Shown piece by piece: positions 48,501-57,082 of a stretch of 64,000 nucleotides of DNA (the first letter of the stretch is position 1; every line of letters starts with the position of its first letter). Both the position numbers and the translations under genes were made by a program. A model generated the notes under the pieces. The model did not search any database and was not told where the DNA came from. It worked only from the letters and a program-made list of their open reading frames with translations. The DNA lies in contig CALENB010000193.1 of NCBI GenBank assembly GCA_937910235.1, forward strand, positions 2,341 through 66,340. Direction: 5' to 3'. Source of the DNA: an uncultured Myxococcales bacterium (GTDB lineage Bacteria; Myxococcota_A; UBA9042).

Positions 48501-49169
48501 GAGTCGGAGTTCAAGGCTGGCGCGGGCTGCTGCGCGTCGAGCGTCGCGCTACCTATCGAGTCGGGCGAGAGCGGCAGCTTCGTGAAGTGGGGCGGCACGC
48601 CGTTCACCGGCGACGTGAAGTGGCAGATCATCAGCCACAAGTACTTGGTCGGTAAGAAGGAGATCTACTTCGGCAACGCCGCCGCGTGGAACTACGCCGC
48701 GGGCAGCGCCAAGGTGTGCGCCGTCGTCGCTGATTGTCCCACTGGATCGGGCGAGCAGTGCACGGGCGCCCCTGGTTCCAAGAAGTGCTACAAGCCGGTG
48801 AGCGCGGAGCTGCTGAGTAATCCCTTCGACCTGTCCGCCGACCCAGGCAAGCTGGCGGCCCTGAAATTCAAGGCCTACTTCGATGTCGAGACACAGTGGG
48901 AGTCGCTGGAGATCTGGGTCAGCTACCTCGATCAGGTCGGCGGCATCCCGACGCCGAAGCAGGAGAAGATCTGGGAGAAGAGCGACATCAAGAACATGCC
49001 TGTCGCCGACTACAAGAAGGTCATCGACAAGTCGATCGATCTGTCGAAGTTCAAGGCGAAGTCCAACGTCCGCGTGAAGCTGGTGTTCGATTCGGGCGAC
49101 GCGAACGGCAACGACAAGTATGAGGGCATCTTCCTCGACGATCTCGTTGTCGAAGAGACCTGCAACTAG
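45588..49169 (+). CDS. Giant surface lipoprotein (1193 aa), paralog 3 of 3, with at least four MAM-like domains and Myxo cysteine-rich repeats
   Basis: Lipoprotein signal (LAVVALALAVAAC-G) and an acidic T/D/A linker. Modules end in VKLRWSFKSNNVKNGFEGVYIDDVVIETLC, VQLCFSFDAGDGSANTVGGAWVDNVKLAVQC, VRLQFVFECGTDTNNKGEGAFIDNLQVETLC and VRVKLVFDSGDANGNDKYEGIFLDDLVVEETC. Repeats: GCCINVADCNDLNDCTVDKC, GCCAKTEDCADGDKCTTETC. Confidence 0.85.
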   Translation: MQRHALSFLFPDARLLGITAKLAVVALALAVAACGSDPKPKDTTTVVEDSGPTDSGAADTVLGDADATAAVDSSQPDVTSGDVAQADAADAGQADTATFICTSDQYCLSLFKDELGGFQTAVCVAGTCEKVTKAGFCANSGDCDDGSECTEDSCDLTTNKCVSSPKPNCCAGKVTVLNARFEQNSMVGFVGTTNPSLNNNVTWQLSSNRAHGGKSSVYLGNECNTFDSSMSAAGGCKGGPSPIAFEANLLSQEVVLPQNKPAIAHFWVWIEAEPMYDAEGSCANPCPIGATCVKVDKSTSVCIPEPDVLKIFVQTGAPSPDPVWVSTEVKKTTNGWVHVAINLAPYQKKDKETAVKLRWSFKSNNVKNGFEGVYIDDVVIETLCVTAGSQCSKKAPCADDKNGCTLDSCTYFANDNSQGLCFADKSAGCCINVADCNDLNDCTVDKCTLASGAATGLCDNAPDANNAQCCQPKDVYGDNFESGSIAAWTHVGSNSKEVKWQVSDKVGAGVGGGKSLYFGNTDTSKGYHDPALGSTKGATGRICSPSMTIAQGTLYDVLTFDLLLQTEWSGKPAANYANPPCPQGPGKCEPNKIDVFAVEVFSVGQYQEIWSSDAIKGTTEAKWLPTFVSLDKYQGKQVQLCFSFDAGDGSANTVGGAWVDNVKLAVQCTAKECAIDSQCEAKCGPCATASCGGDGKCACTPIAGCCAKTEDCADGDKCTTETCDKGECKYSLTSPTCCTDKIGKDAVFSQDWEASSKVPSDWKVIVPTGKNDLGYTYAADKGWRMSVKSKPGTGNYALYFGGADGTLNAGTDAPAGTVTGPEFTVPKNGTTLINFDLYLNTEWDDFPFKLPPLAIDQLFVNVIDVAEKDAAKAVVAVWDSYAIEGTTKGKWQAVVMAIPASLAGKKVRLQFVFECGTDTNNKGEGAFIDNLQVETLCTKPACVADLDCQPKVPDACKKSWCGKDDKGAYACESEFKAGAGCCASSVALPIESGESGSFVKWGGTPFTGDVKWQIISHKYLVGKKEIYFGNAAAWNYAAGSAKVCAVVADCPTGSGEQCTGAPGSKKCYKPVSAELLSNPFDLSADPGKLAALKFKAYFDVETQWESLEIWVSYLDQVGGIPTPKQEKIWEKSDIKNMPVADYKKVIDKSIDLSKFKAKSNVRVKLVFDSGDANGNDKYEGIFLDDLVVEETCN

Positions 49170-49216
49170 GTCGCCGCTGTCTCTCGCCCCCCGCACATCT
49201 ACCCAAGGAGGGGCGC

Positions 49217-50191
49217 ATGGCTGCGCTTCGTGATCGCACATTCAACAAGGGCGCCTGGGCGCGTCTCGGGCTGGTTGCGCTTGGGTTGATCGCGGTCGGG
49301 ACCGTCATCTACATCTCCGTTGGCGCGCATGAGCGATTCGTTCAGGTGCCCCGCATGTTGGCGCAGCGGCACGTCGACCCGTTGGGTTACCCAGGCCGAG
49401 CGACGACGCAAATCGCGAGTCTGGGCAGCAAGGCGGTCGAGACCCTGATCGCCGACATGGCGCAGGGCAAGCCGCCGCTGCAACGCGCGAAGAGCCTGGA
49501 GATCCTGAGCGCCATCGATGATCCGCGCGTGGTCCCGGCGCTGTTGACCGCGCTACAAGACGAAGATCTCAGCCTGCGGCTCGCGACGCTGGCGGGCCTC
49601 GCTCGGACGCAGCGGGGCGATCTGGCGCAGCACTTGTGGCCGGCGACGCAGGCGACCAACACGTTCTATCGGCATCGCGCCATCGTCGCGCTAGGCCTCG
49701 TCAGCGCTCCGACGGAGGTGCCGAAGCTCCTGAAAGCGGCCAACGACGGCGCTGGACGCGATCAGCTGCTGTTCATCTGGGCGGCGGGGTACGCGCAGCG
49801 TCGCGCCAAGCTGAAGGACCAAGGCTCCGACCGTGTGCGGCCCATGGCGCTGACCGACGCGGTGCATGAGCGCGCGGTGCAGGATGAGGTGAACGAGCTG
49901 CGAGTCGGCTTTCAGGCCCAGGGTGTGACGGCCGAGACCGCGGAGCGGCTGGCAGAGCTGGTGACCATCGACTTCGGCACGTGGAATCTCAACCACCAGA
50001 TCAGCTACCAAACGCTGATGGTCGCGGGGCCGATGGCGGTGCGCGGCCTAGCGCGGCTCGAGGCGCCTCGAGCGGCGGGCAACGCCAAGGCTGGCGACGC
50101 CAGCGGCAAAGTGAAAGTGAAAGCGCAGCTGCCGATGGAAGGCCTCAAGCTCAAGAATCGACCGGCCGCGATCGACGCCAAATCGAAGTAG
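49217..50191 (+). CDS. Membrane-anchored HEAT-repeat (PBS-lyase-type) protein
   Basis: Strong RBS AAGGAGG 7 bp upstream. N-terminal TM anchor (AWARLGLVALGLIAVGTVIYISVGA). Repeated DPRVVPALLTALQDEDLSLRLATLAGLAR-type HEAT-like units. Confidence 0.6.
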   Translation: MAALRDRTFNKGAWARLGLVALGLIAVGTVIYISVGAHERFVQVPRMLAQRHVDPLGYPGRATTQIASLGSKAVETLIADMAQGKPPLQRAKSLEILSAIDDPRVVPALLTALQDEDLSLRLATLAGLARTQRGDLAQHLWPATQATNTFYRHRAIVALGLVSAPTEVPKLLKAANDGAGRDQLLFIWAAGYAQRRAKLKDQGSDRVRPMALTDAVHERAVQDEVNELRVGFQAQGVTAETAERLAELVTIDFGTWNLNHQISYQTLMVAGPMAVRGLARLEAPRAAGNAKAGDASGKVKVKAQLPMEGLKLKNRPAAIDAKSK

Positions 50192-50359
50192 CTTCACCGG
50201 TCTACGGCTCGCCGCTCCGCTGGTATTCTGTGAAGATCCGTGTTGCATTGGCCGGGAAAGTTGCGCCTAGACACCACGACGCGCTGTGATGACGGCCGCG
50301 GCCCAGGTGCTGCGGTGGCGGCGACTGGCGCTTTTCGGGCTTGTTTGCGGGAGGATTTC

Positions 50360-51055
50360 ATGGCGCGTGTGCTGTTGATCGATGATGACGTCCGCTTGGG
50401 GCAGCTCCTTGAGCGGCTGCTGAAGCCGGAAGGCCTCAACGTCGAGTTGGTGACGGACGGGCTGCAAGGCGTGCGCCGCGCTACGGCCGAGGTCTTCGAT
50501 CTCATCATCCTGGACGTGATGCTGCCCGGCCTCGATGGGTTCGAAGTGCTTCGGCGTATCCGGTCTTCCAGCCACGTGCCGGTGATCATGCTCACCGCGA
50601 AAGGCACCGACAACGACCGCATCGTCGGCCTTGAGCTCGGCGCGGATGACTACCTGCCCAAGCCCTTCAACCCGCGTGAGCTGGTCGCCAGGATCAAGGC
50701 TGTGCTGCGGCGCGCCGATGGCGGCACCGCGGCGACCAAAGCCGCGTTGCTTGAGTCCGGCGCGCTGTCGATGGACCCAGGCAAACGCGAGATCAGGGTC
50801 GACGGCGATCACGTGCATCTGACGACGACCGAGTTCGATCTGCTCCGGTGCTTCATGCAATATCCCGGCAAGGTGCTGTCACGCGATGCCCTGATGGACA
50901 TGCTGCGTGGTGTCGGCTACGCCGCCTACGACCGCTCGATCGACGTGCACGTGAAGAACCTGCGCGCAAAAATCGAGACAGACCCGCGACACCCGCAGCT
51001 GATCAAGACGGTGTGGGGCACGGGCTACATGCTCGCCATCGCCAGTGATGAGTAG
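50360..51055 (+). CDS. OmpR/PhoB-family response regulator
   Basis: Receiver domain (MARVLLIDDD...DLIILDVMLPGLDG...MLTAKG) and a winged-helix DNA-binding domain (LTTTEFDLLRCFMQYPGKVLSRDALMDML...YDRSIDVHVKNLRAKIE). Start taken at the internal ATG at 50360. Confidence 0.88.
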   Translation: MARVLLIDDDVRLGQLLERLLKPEGLNVELVTDGLQGVRRATAEVFDLIILDVMLPGLDGFEVLRRIRSSSHVPVIMLTAKGTDNDRIVGLELGADDYLPKPFNPRELVARIKAVLRRADGGTAATKAALLESGALSMDPGKREIRVDGDHVHLTTTEFDLLRCFMQYPGKVLSRDALMDMLRGVGYAAYDRSIDVHVKNLRAKIETDPRHPQLIKTVWGTGYMLAIASDE

Positions 51056-51070
51056 TGGTCGGCTCGCCAG

Positions 51071-52411
51071 ATGACGTCGACGACCCAACCGCCCCCAGCC
51101 GCCCCGCTCGCGACGCCTGCTGCGCCCGACTCTGACCCGCCAGCGCAGGGCGCACCGCTAGCAGACCAGGGGCTCTCGCGCCTGCTGATGCACTTCGACT
51201 TGGCGACGCTGTTGCTGAGCGTCGTTGGGCTGAGCGCCGCGGGCGTCGCCGCCGTGTTGGTCGTGCGGCAGGGAGGGCTCTCCGGCTGGAACGCCTTGAT
51301 CGTGGGGCTGCTGCTGCTCACCGCCGCCTCCGTCGTGGCCTACTACGTGCTCGTCACGTTGGCACGACAGCGTCTGCACGACCGCTTGGCCCTGATGCGA
51401 GACGCGGCGCACGAGCTCGGCGGCGGCGACCTCAGCGTGGCGGTGCCCGAGGGCGATGACGATCTCGGTGCGCTGGGTGCGTCGCTCAATACGATGCGCA
51501 GCCGTGTCGCGCGCCTGATGACGGCACAGCGGGAGCTGTTGAGCGGCGTGAGCCATGAGCTGCGGTCGCCGTTGGCGCGGATCGAGGTGGCGATGGAGCT
51601 CATCGACATGGAGCTCGCTGGGGACGAGGAGCATGAGCTGATCATCGGTGTGCGTGAGGAGGTCGCCCTGCTCGAACGCCACATCTCCAGGCTGTTGGAG
51701 GCGCAACGCGTGACGCGTGACCGCATCGTGCTGACGCGGCGGGCGCTCGTGGTCGACACGCTGCTCGCGCAGGTCATCGCGCGCGAGCGGCTGCGCCTGC
51801 AGAAGCTGGGTTGGCGACTAGACGTGAAGCTCGATGCCGGAGACCACGAGATCCTAGGCGACGAAAACGCCCTCGACAGGGTGTTCTCCACGCTGATCGA
51901 GAACGCGATCCGCCACGCAGCGAGCCCAGGTCCAGAGGCCGCGTATTCGGGGGCGTTCGAGGCTGTCCAAGTGACCGAACCGCCGCCAGACACAGAGTCT
52001 GACAGCACGGCGGTGGTGGCGACACCGGATTCGGCCGAGCTCGCCGCCGACGACAGCCCGCCAGGCCAAGCGGTCACGTGGCGACCGTCGCTGCGGATCG
52101 AGACCGAGATCAGCGAGTTGGGTCTGCTGGTCCGCTTCCTCGACCGTGGCCCGGGTCTTGGCCCTGAGCAGTGCACACGCGTCTTCGAGCCCTTTTTTCG
52201 GGGCGATCAGTCGCGCAGCACGGCGACCGGCGGCACCGGTCTGGGTATGTACCTGACGCGCAATATCCTGCGCGCGCATGGCGGCGATGTGCTCGCCCGT
52301 CCACGGGATGGCGGCGGGCTGATGGTCGAGTTGTGCCTGCCGCTGCGCACGACGAAGGTGCTGAAAGAGACCATGCGTGTGCAGTGGGCGGACGTGCGCG
52401 ACGACGTCTGA
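51071..52411 (+). CDS. Sensor histidine kinase (two TM, HAMP-like linker, HisKA, HATPase)
   Basis: H-box LLSGVSHELRSPLARIEV, N-box TLIENAIRHA, G-boxes FLDRGPGLGPE and GGTGLGMYL. Lies 15 bp after the response regulator. Confidence 0.85.
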   Translation: MTSTTQPPPAAPLATPAAPDSDPPAQGAPLADQGLSRLLMHFDLATLLLSVVGLSAAGVAAVLVVRQGGLSGWNALIVGLLLLTAASVVAYYVLVTLARQRLHDRLALMRDAAHELGGGDLSVAVPEGDDDLGALGASLNTMRSRVARLMTAQRELLSGVSHELRSPLARIEVAMELIDMELAGDEEHELIIGVREEVALLERHISRLLEAQRVTRDRIVLTRRALVVDTLLAQVIARERLRLQKLGWRLDVKLDAGDHEILGDENALDRVFSTLIENAIRHAASPGPEAAYSGAFEAVQVTEPPPDTESDSTAVVATPDSAELAADDSPPGQAVTWRPSLRIETEISELGLLVRFLDRGPGLGPEQCTRVFEPFFRGDQSRSTATGGTGLGMYLTRNILRAHGGDVLARPRDGGGLMVELCLPLRTTKVLKETMRVQWADVRDDV

Positions 52412-52493
52412 CGCGTGGTGGTGGCTGCTGGCGCCCGGTGCGGAGCGTGTCTGGCACTTGCGTCGCGACAGCCCTGCAAGGACACTGCGCACC

Positions 52494-53429
52494 ATGACCA
52501 AGCCCGACGCCGCTTCGCACACGCCATCCTCCGCCCGCGGGGCCTCTGGGGCGGCTGTGACGCACGCATTTTCGGTGGACGTCGAGGACTGGTTCCACAT
52601 CCTCGAGAGCGACGCTGCACCCGACATCGCCGCCTGGTCCAAGCTCGAGTCTCGTGTCGAGCGCAGCACCGGCGTGTTGCTCGATCTGCTCGATGATCAC
52701 GGCCACAAAGCGACGTTCTTTGTCCTGGGTTGGGTGGCCGAGCGCTTCCCTGATCTGCTCGCCGAGCTGTCCCACCGCGGCCACGAGGTCGGCTCACACA
52801 GCCACCACCATGGTCTCGTCTCGCAGGCTGGACCGGACGCGTTCGCCCGCGATCTGGCCCGCTCGCTGGAGGCGATCACCCGCGCGACGGGGACCGATGT
52901 GACGTGTTTTCGTGCCCCGGGCTTCTCCATCGGGCACGACGAGACCTGGGCGTTTGAGATCCTCGCTGATCATGGCATCACCCTCGATTCGTCACTCTTT
53001 CTCGCCGACCGCGCGCACGGTGGCTTCCAGCTTAACCGCCTGCGACCCTTCGAGATCGTCCTGCACGACGGCCGTCGAATGCTCGAGGCGCCCGTCGTTC
53101 CCCTGCGCCTGCCGCGTCTCAGCTTGCCGTGGACGGGCGGCGGCTACTTGCGGTTGCTGCCGCAGGCCGCGCTGCTCCAACTCTTCGCACACGCCGAACG
53201 CTGCGAGCGTCCGGTGGTGACGTACGTGCATCCACGCGAGGTCGATCCAGGCCAGCCGCGCATGCGGTTGCCCATGGCGCGGCGCTTCAAATACTACGTC
53301 GGTCTCGAGACGGTGGTCGACAAGCTGCAGGCCCTCTTCGCGCGCCATCGTTTCGCGAGTGTGGGCGAGGTGGCGCACGGTGGCGTCAAAGATCCTCCGC
53401 TGTTTCTGTCGCGTCATCGCGCCGCCTGA
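52494..53429 (+). CDS. Polysaccharide deacetylase family protein (PEP-CTERM-locus-type subfamily-like)
   Basis: Hallmark N-terminus FSVDVEDWFH, then HKATFFVLGWVAERFP, EVGSHSHHH and RAPGFSI. Start taken at MTKPDA (52494). Confidence 0.75.
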   Translation: MTKPDAASHTPSSARGASGAAVTHAFSVDVEDWFHILESDAAPDIAAWSKLESRVERSTGVLLDLLDDHGHKATFFVLGWVAERFPDLLAELSHRGHEVGSHSHHHGLVSQAGPDAFARDLARSLEAITRATGTDVTCFRAPGFSIGHDETWAFEILADHGITLDSSLFLADRAHGGFQLNRLRPFEIVLHDGRRMLEAPVVPLRLPRLSLPWTGGGYLRLLPQAALLQLFAHAERCERPVVTYVHPREVDPGQPRMRLPMARRFKYYVGLETVVDKLQALFARHRFASVGEVAHGGVKDPPLFLSRHRAA

Positions 53430-53434
53430 GGGCC

Positions 53435-54883
53435 ATGGTATCCCGTTTTTCCGGGCCGCGAGCTGGTGTGCTGCGGCGAAGACGCCCTGGTGCGAGCGCC
53501 GAATCGCGCTTGTTTGCAGCAAGCGGGCTGGCGGCGCTTGCTCCCGTCGCTGATCGCCCCGGCGCCGGTCGCGTCCTTGTTCGTTGCCTCATTGTCGGCT
53601 GCCTCGTTTTCGGCTGCCTCTTCGCAGCCGGGCTTTATCCGACGCGCTGCCAAGCGTCGACACTTGAGCGCGGTGGTCTCGGCGCACGCGGCCTCGGGTT
53701 CGCCGGTGCGGGCCCCGCAGCGGCGACGGGGGCGGCCGCGACGTACGACAACCCCGCCGCGCTTGGCGGCGTGGACCGCGCCGAGGCGCTGCTCAGCGCG
53801 ACGATCTTGCGCTATCACGTCGCGATCAGCCGCGGCGGTGGTGAGGCGCAGTGGCCGACTGTCACGCCGCAGTCGCTCACGCTGGGCTCCGCGGCGGTCG
53901 CGGTGCCAGTGACCCGAGATCTCGGCGTCGGCTTGCTTGTGCACCTGCCGGTCAATGGTCCGTCGCGCTTGCTCTCCTTCGACCACCGCCGCCCGCAGCT
54001 GCCCTTGTGGCAGGGGCTCGGTGAGCGACTCGCCATCGCCGCTTCGGCTGGGTATCGGGTGAACGGCTGGCTCGCGATCGGTTTGACTGGTCATGTCGCC
54101 GCAGACCTCGACGCACGGGCCTCCTTTGGCTTGTCGCTCGGCGAGGGACGCTTCACCCAGCAAGATCTCGACGTGCATCTGCGCAGCCGCATCGTCCCGG
54201 CGCTGGCGTTCCAGCTGCGGCCGACGCAGCAGCTCCGGGTCCTGCTGCGCTGGCGGGCCGCCTATGAGGTGACCTACACCGTACCGCTCGAGCTAGACGT
54301 CGTCGGCGTCGGCCTGGTCGCGGTCGACATCGCCGGCACTGGGCTGCTCTCGCCGGAGATGTTCACAGCCGCCGCCGCCTGGCGCGTTCGCCCAGGCACC
54401 ACGCTGGTCGCGACGGTCAGCTACGAGCGGTGGTCCGATTTGCCGCCGCTCTCGCCAACGGTCAGCGTCGTCGCCGGCGGCGATCCGGCCTGGTTGGAGG
54501 CGTACGCCGCTCCGCCAGCGCCAGGAGCGGTCGACACGGTGGTCGCGCATGTCGGCGCCAGCCGCCGGCTCTCGTCATCGTTCACAGTCCGGGCCGGCGC
54601 CGGCTTTCGACCCACGCCGCTGCCCCGCGCCTCCGGCGCCGCGTCCTGGCTCGACAGCCACGCGGTCGAGTGTGGCGTCGGCGGCTCGTGGCGCGCCCTA
54701 CCGCGGCTGGAGGTGGACATCGCCGCGAGGTGGTCGCACCTTCTCTCCCGTCGGGTCACCAAGGCGAACGCCGCGGATCCGATCGGATTTGTTGGGGTGG
54801 CAGGCGAGGTCTTTCATGTCGCCCTGACGCTGCGTCACAAGCTCAGCGACCCGGCCAAAAGTTCCGGCCCCGAGCCGGGCTGA
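53435..54883 (+). CDS. Outer-membrane transporter-like protein, FadL/TodX family-like
   Basis: N-terminal family signature with the NPA motif (GLGFAGAGPAAATGAAATYDNPAALGGVD) and beta-strand-like periodicity thereafter. The start and signal peptide are unclear. The ATG at 53435 is followed by an atypical Arg-rich leader before the hydrophobic stretch. Confidence 0.5.
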   Translation: MVSRFSGPRAGVLRRRRPGASAESRLFAASGLAALAPVADRPGAGRVLVRCLIVGCLVFGCLFAAGLYPTRCQASTLERGGLGARGLGFAGAGPAAATGAAATYDNPAALGGVDRAEALLSATILRYHVAISRGGGEAQWPTVTPQSLTLGSAAVAVPVTRDLGVGLLVHLPVNGPSRLLSFDHRRPQLPLWQGLGERLAIAASAGYRVNGWLAIGLTGHVAADLDARASFGLSLGEGRFTQQDLDVHLRSRIVPALAFQLRPTQQLRVLLRWRAAYEVTYTVPLELDVVGVGLVAVDIAGTGLLSPEMFTAAAAWRVRPGTTLVATVSYERWSDLPPLSPTVSVVAGGDPAWLEAYAAPPAPGAVDTVVAHVGASRRLSSSFTVRAGAGFRPTPLPRASGAASWLDSHAVECGVGGSWRALPRLEVDIAARWSHLLSRRVTKANAADPIGFVGVAGEVFHVALTLRHKLSDPAKSSGPEPG

Positions 54884-54915
54884 TTGCCCAACCACAGCTG
54901 GAGTCGAAGCTGCTC

Positions 54916-55902
54916 ATGGATCCATCGCCGTCCAGCCCTGCAATCAACCGCCCCGCCTTCACGCCGACGCTCATGACGCGCGCTCTAGGCTGGTTGCTGC
55001 TCGCTGGTATCGTCGCGGCGGCGCTGGCGTTTGCGCTGCAACGCGTTGAGCGCGGCGCCATGACCCCAACAGCCGCACCCCTCGATGCCGCGGTGGCCAT
55101 CTTGACGGAGGAGCTGCAGCAAGACGACGCCATGGCGTTCTTGCCCTCGTGGTCGGCGACTCAGCGCTGGCGCTTCGAGCAGCTGTGGCGCGATCGGAAC
55201 CTGGATTTCCCCTCCGCCTGGATGCCGGGGGCCCCGATCGATGCGTGGGATGCCGACGGCTTCAAGCGTCTGTGGGTGTTGAGCTCGCACGGCGCCGACA
55301 AGCGCCTCAACCGCGCCGCCGTTGGTCAGCTGCTGCGCGAAGAGCCCATCGGTCAAGGGATGAAGTTGATGCTGTTTCAGTTGCGGCCCTCGCGCACACG
55401 CTACGACCTCCGCCTTCAGATCGCCGACGCCGACGTCCGCAGAATCGGCCCAAAACTCGGGGTAGAAGAGCGCTGTCGTGCCGACGGGGACGTCCAGCGC
55501 TGCAAGGGCGCGTGGTGGACCAGCGTCTCAAGCGGCATCCACGAGGTTGGCAACAGCCGGCGCCGGTGTCTCTTCGTGCAGCCGCACCCAGCCAGCGCCA
55601 CCTTACGCATGCGGTGGGCCAAGGTGCCCGAAGGAGAGGAGCTCGCTGGCCGAGTCGGCAACCGCCTCTGGGCCGTGCGCTACGACGAAGGCAGCGACGT
55701 TCGTTTCACGGTCCGCGTGGCCGGCAAGATTCGCCACACCCAGCAGCTGGCGCGCGGCGACTTCCGCTGGCATCCGTGGCGCATCGCGCTGCGAGCCGAC
55801 GAACGCGGCAAACCTGTGACGCTGGAGTTCGCCGCCACCGACCCGACCTGGCGTCAGCTGTGCGTCGACGCCCGCGTGCTCGGCCCGGCCGCGCGACCGT
55901 GA
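54916..55902 (+). CDS. Hypothetical membrane-anchored protein (328 aa)
   Basis: Internal ATG at 54916 with an N-terminal TM anchor (ALGWLLLAGIVAAALAFAL). Trp/Arg-rich. Its stop overlaps the mutY GTG start (GTGA). Confidence 0.45.
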   Translation: MDPSPSSPAINRPAFTPTLMTRALGWLLLAGIVAAALAFALQRVERGAMTPTAAPLDAAVAILTEELQQDDAMAFLPSWSATQRWRFEQLWRDRNLDFPSAWMPGAPIDAWDADGFKRLWVLSSHGADKRLNRAAVGQLLREEPIGQGMKLMLFQLRPSRTRYDLRLQIADADVRRIGPKLGVEERCRADGDVQRCKGAWWTSVSSGIHEVGNSRRRCLFVQPHPASATLRMRWAKVPEGEELAGRVGNRLWAVRYDEGSDVRFTVRVAGKIRHTQQLARGDFRWHPWRIALRADERGKPVTLEFAATDPTWRQLCVDARVLGPAARP

Positions 55903-57017
55903 GCGCCCGAGCGACGGCGCTGCTCGCCTGGTACGGCCAACATCGACGCGAGATGCCGTGGCGTCGCGCCGCAGGCCAAGCCGACCCCTACGCCGTCCTC
56001 GTCTCGGAGCTGATGTTGCAGCAGACCCGCGTCGACACCGTGACGCCCTATTTTCTGCGCTGGATGGCCCGCTGGCCGACCCTCGCTGCGCTGGCAGCGG
56101 CCTCGACCGAAGAGGTGCTCGCCGCGTGGACGGGGCTCGGCTACTACAATCGGGCCCGCAATCTGCACCGCGCCGCGCAGGTGGTCGTCGCGAGGCACGG
56201 CGGCCAGCTTCCGGAAGACGCCGCCGCGCTCGCCGCGCTTCCCGGGGTCGGTCCGTACACCCTTGGCGCGATCCGCTCGATCGCCTTTGGCGCGCCCGCC
56301 GCCCTGGTTGACGGCAACGTCGCGCGAGTGCTCACCCGCTGGCACGCCTGGCGGCTTCCCCCCGCGTCTACCGCGGGCAAGCGTGGGCTGTGGGCGCTGG
56401 CGACGTCCTTGGTCACCCAGCCGCCAGCGGCGCGGTCGCCAGGAGACTGGAATCAAGCGCTCATGGAGCTCGGCGCGACCGTCTGCACGGCGCGCGCGCC
56501 TGCCTGCACGCGGTGCCCGGTCTCCGCTTGGTGCGCCGCCCACGCTGCCGGCGTGGCGGCGGAGCTGCCGGTCCGTGTGCCCAAGCGCAAACCGCCGGTC
56601 GTAGCCGCCACGTACCTGCTCTGGCGCCGGGCGGACGGCCACATCTGGTGTGGCCGTCGCGCCGAGACCGGCCGCTGGGCTGGGCTATGGGAGCCCCCGG
56701 GGCTGGAGGGCGACGACGCCGAAGCCCAAGTCCGCGCTTGGGTCGCGCACGAACCGCGCCTGCGCGCGCTGCCGACCGTGGTCCATGTCTTGACGCACCG
56801 ACGCTACGAGGTCACGCCGCTGCTCGTCCTCAGCGACGCGACACCTCCCAATCTCACGGCGCTGGGCTACGTCGCGAGCCGGTGGTGCGCGCCAACCGCG
56901 TCGCGAGACGTGAACTCGGGCCTCTCTCGGCTAGCGGGGCGGCTGCTGGAGGTCAGCGAAAACACCGTGAACGTGGACACAGGCGCGGTCGTACGCCAGA
57001 CTGTGGCACTGCGCTGA
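55899..57017 (+). CDS. mutY: A/G-specific adenine DNA glycosylase
   Basis: HhH-GPD core (YAVLVSELMLQQTRVDTV, LPGVGPYTLGAIRSIAFG, VDGNVARVL), the 4Fe-4S Cys cluster (CTARAPACTRCPVSAWC) and a C-terminal NUDIX-like domain. GTG start inferred at 55899. Confidence 0.85.
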   Translation: MSARATALLAWYGQHRREMPWRRAAGQADPYAVLVSELMLQQTRVDTVTPYFLRWMARWPTLAALAAASTEEVLAAWTGLGYYNRARNLHRAAQVVVARHGGQLPEDAAALAALPGVGPYTLGAIRSIAFGAPAALVDGNVARVLTRWHAWRLPPASTAGKRGLWALATSLVTQPPAARSPGDWNQALMELGATVCTARAPACTRCPVSAWCAAHAAGVAAELPVRVPKRKPPVVAATYLLWRRADGHIWCGRRAETGRWAGLWEPPGLEGDDAEAQVRAWVAHEPRLRALPTVVHVLTHRRYEVTPLLVLSDATPPNLTALGYVASRWCAPTASRDVNSGLSRLAGRLLEVSENTVNVDTGAVVRQTVALR

Positions 57018-57082
57018 CGGCCGGCTTGGTCGGCAGGGCCGCAGTTGGATCGCTCCCACACCTGTCGCCGAACCGAGGTCGC

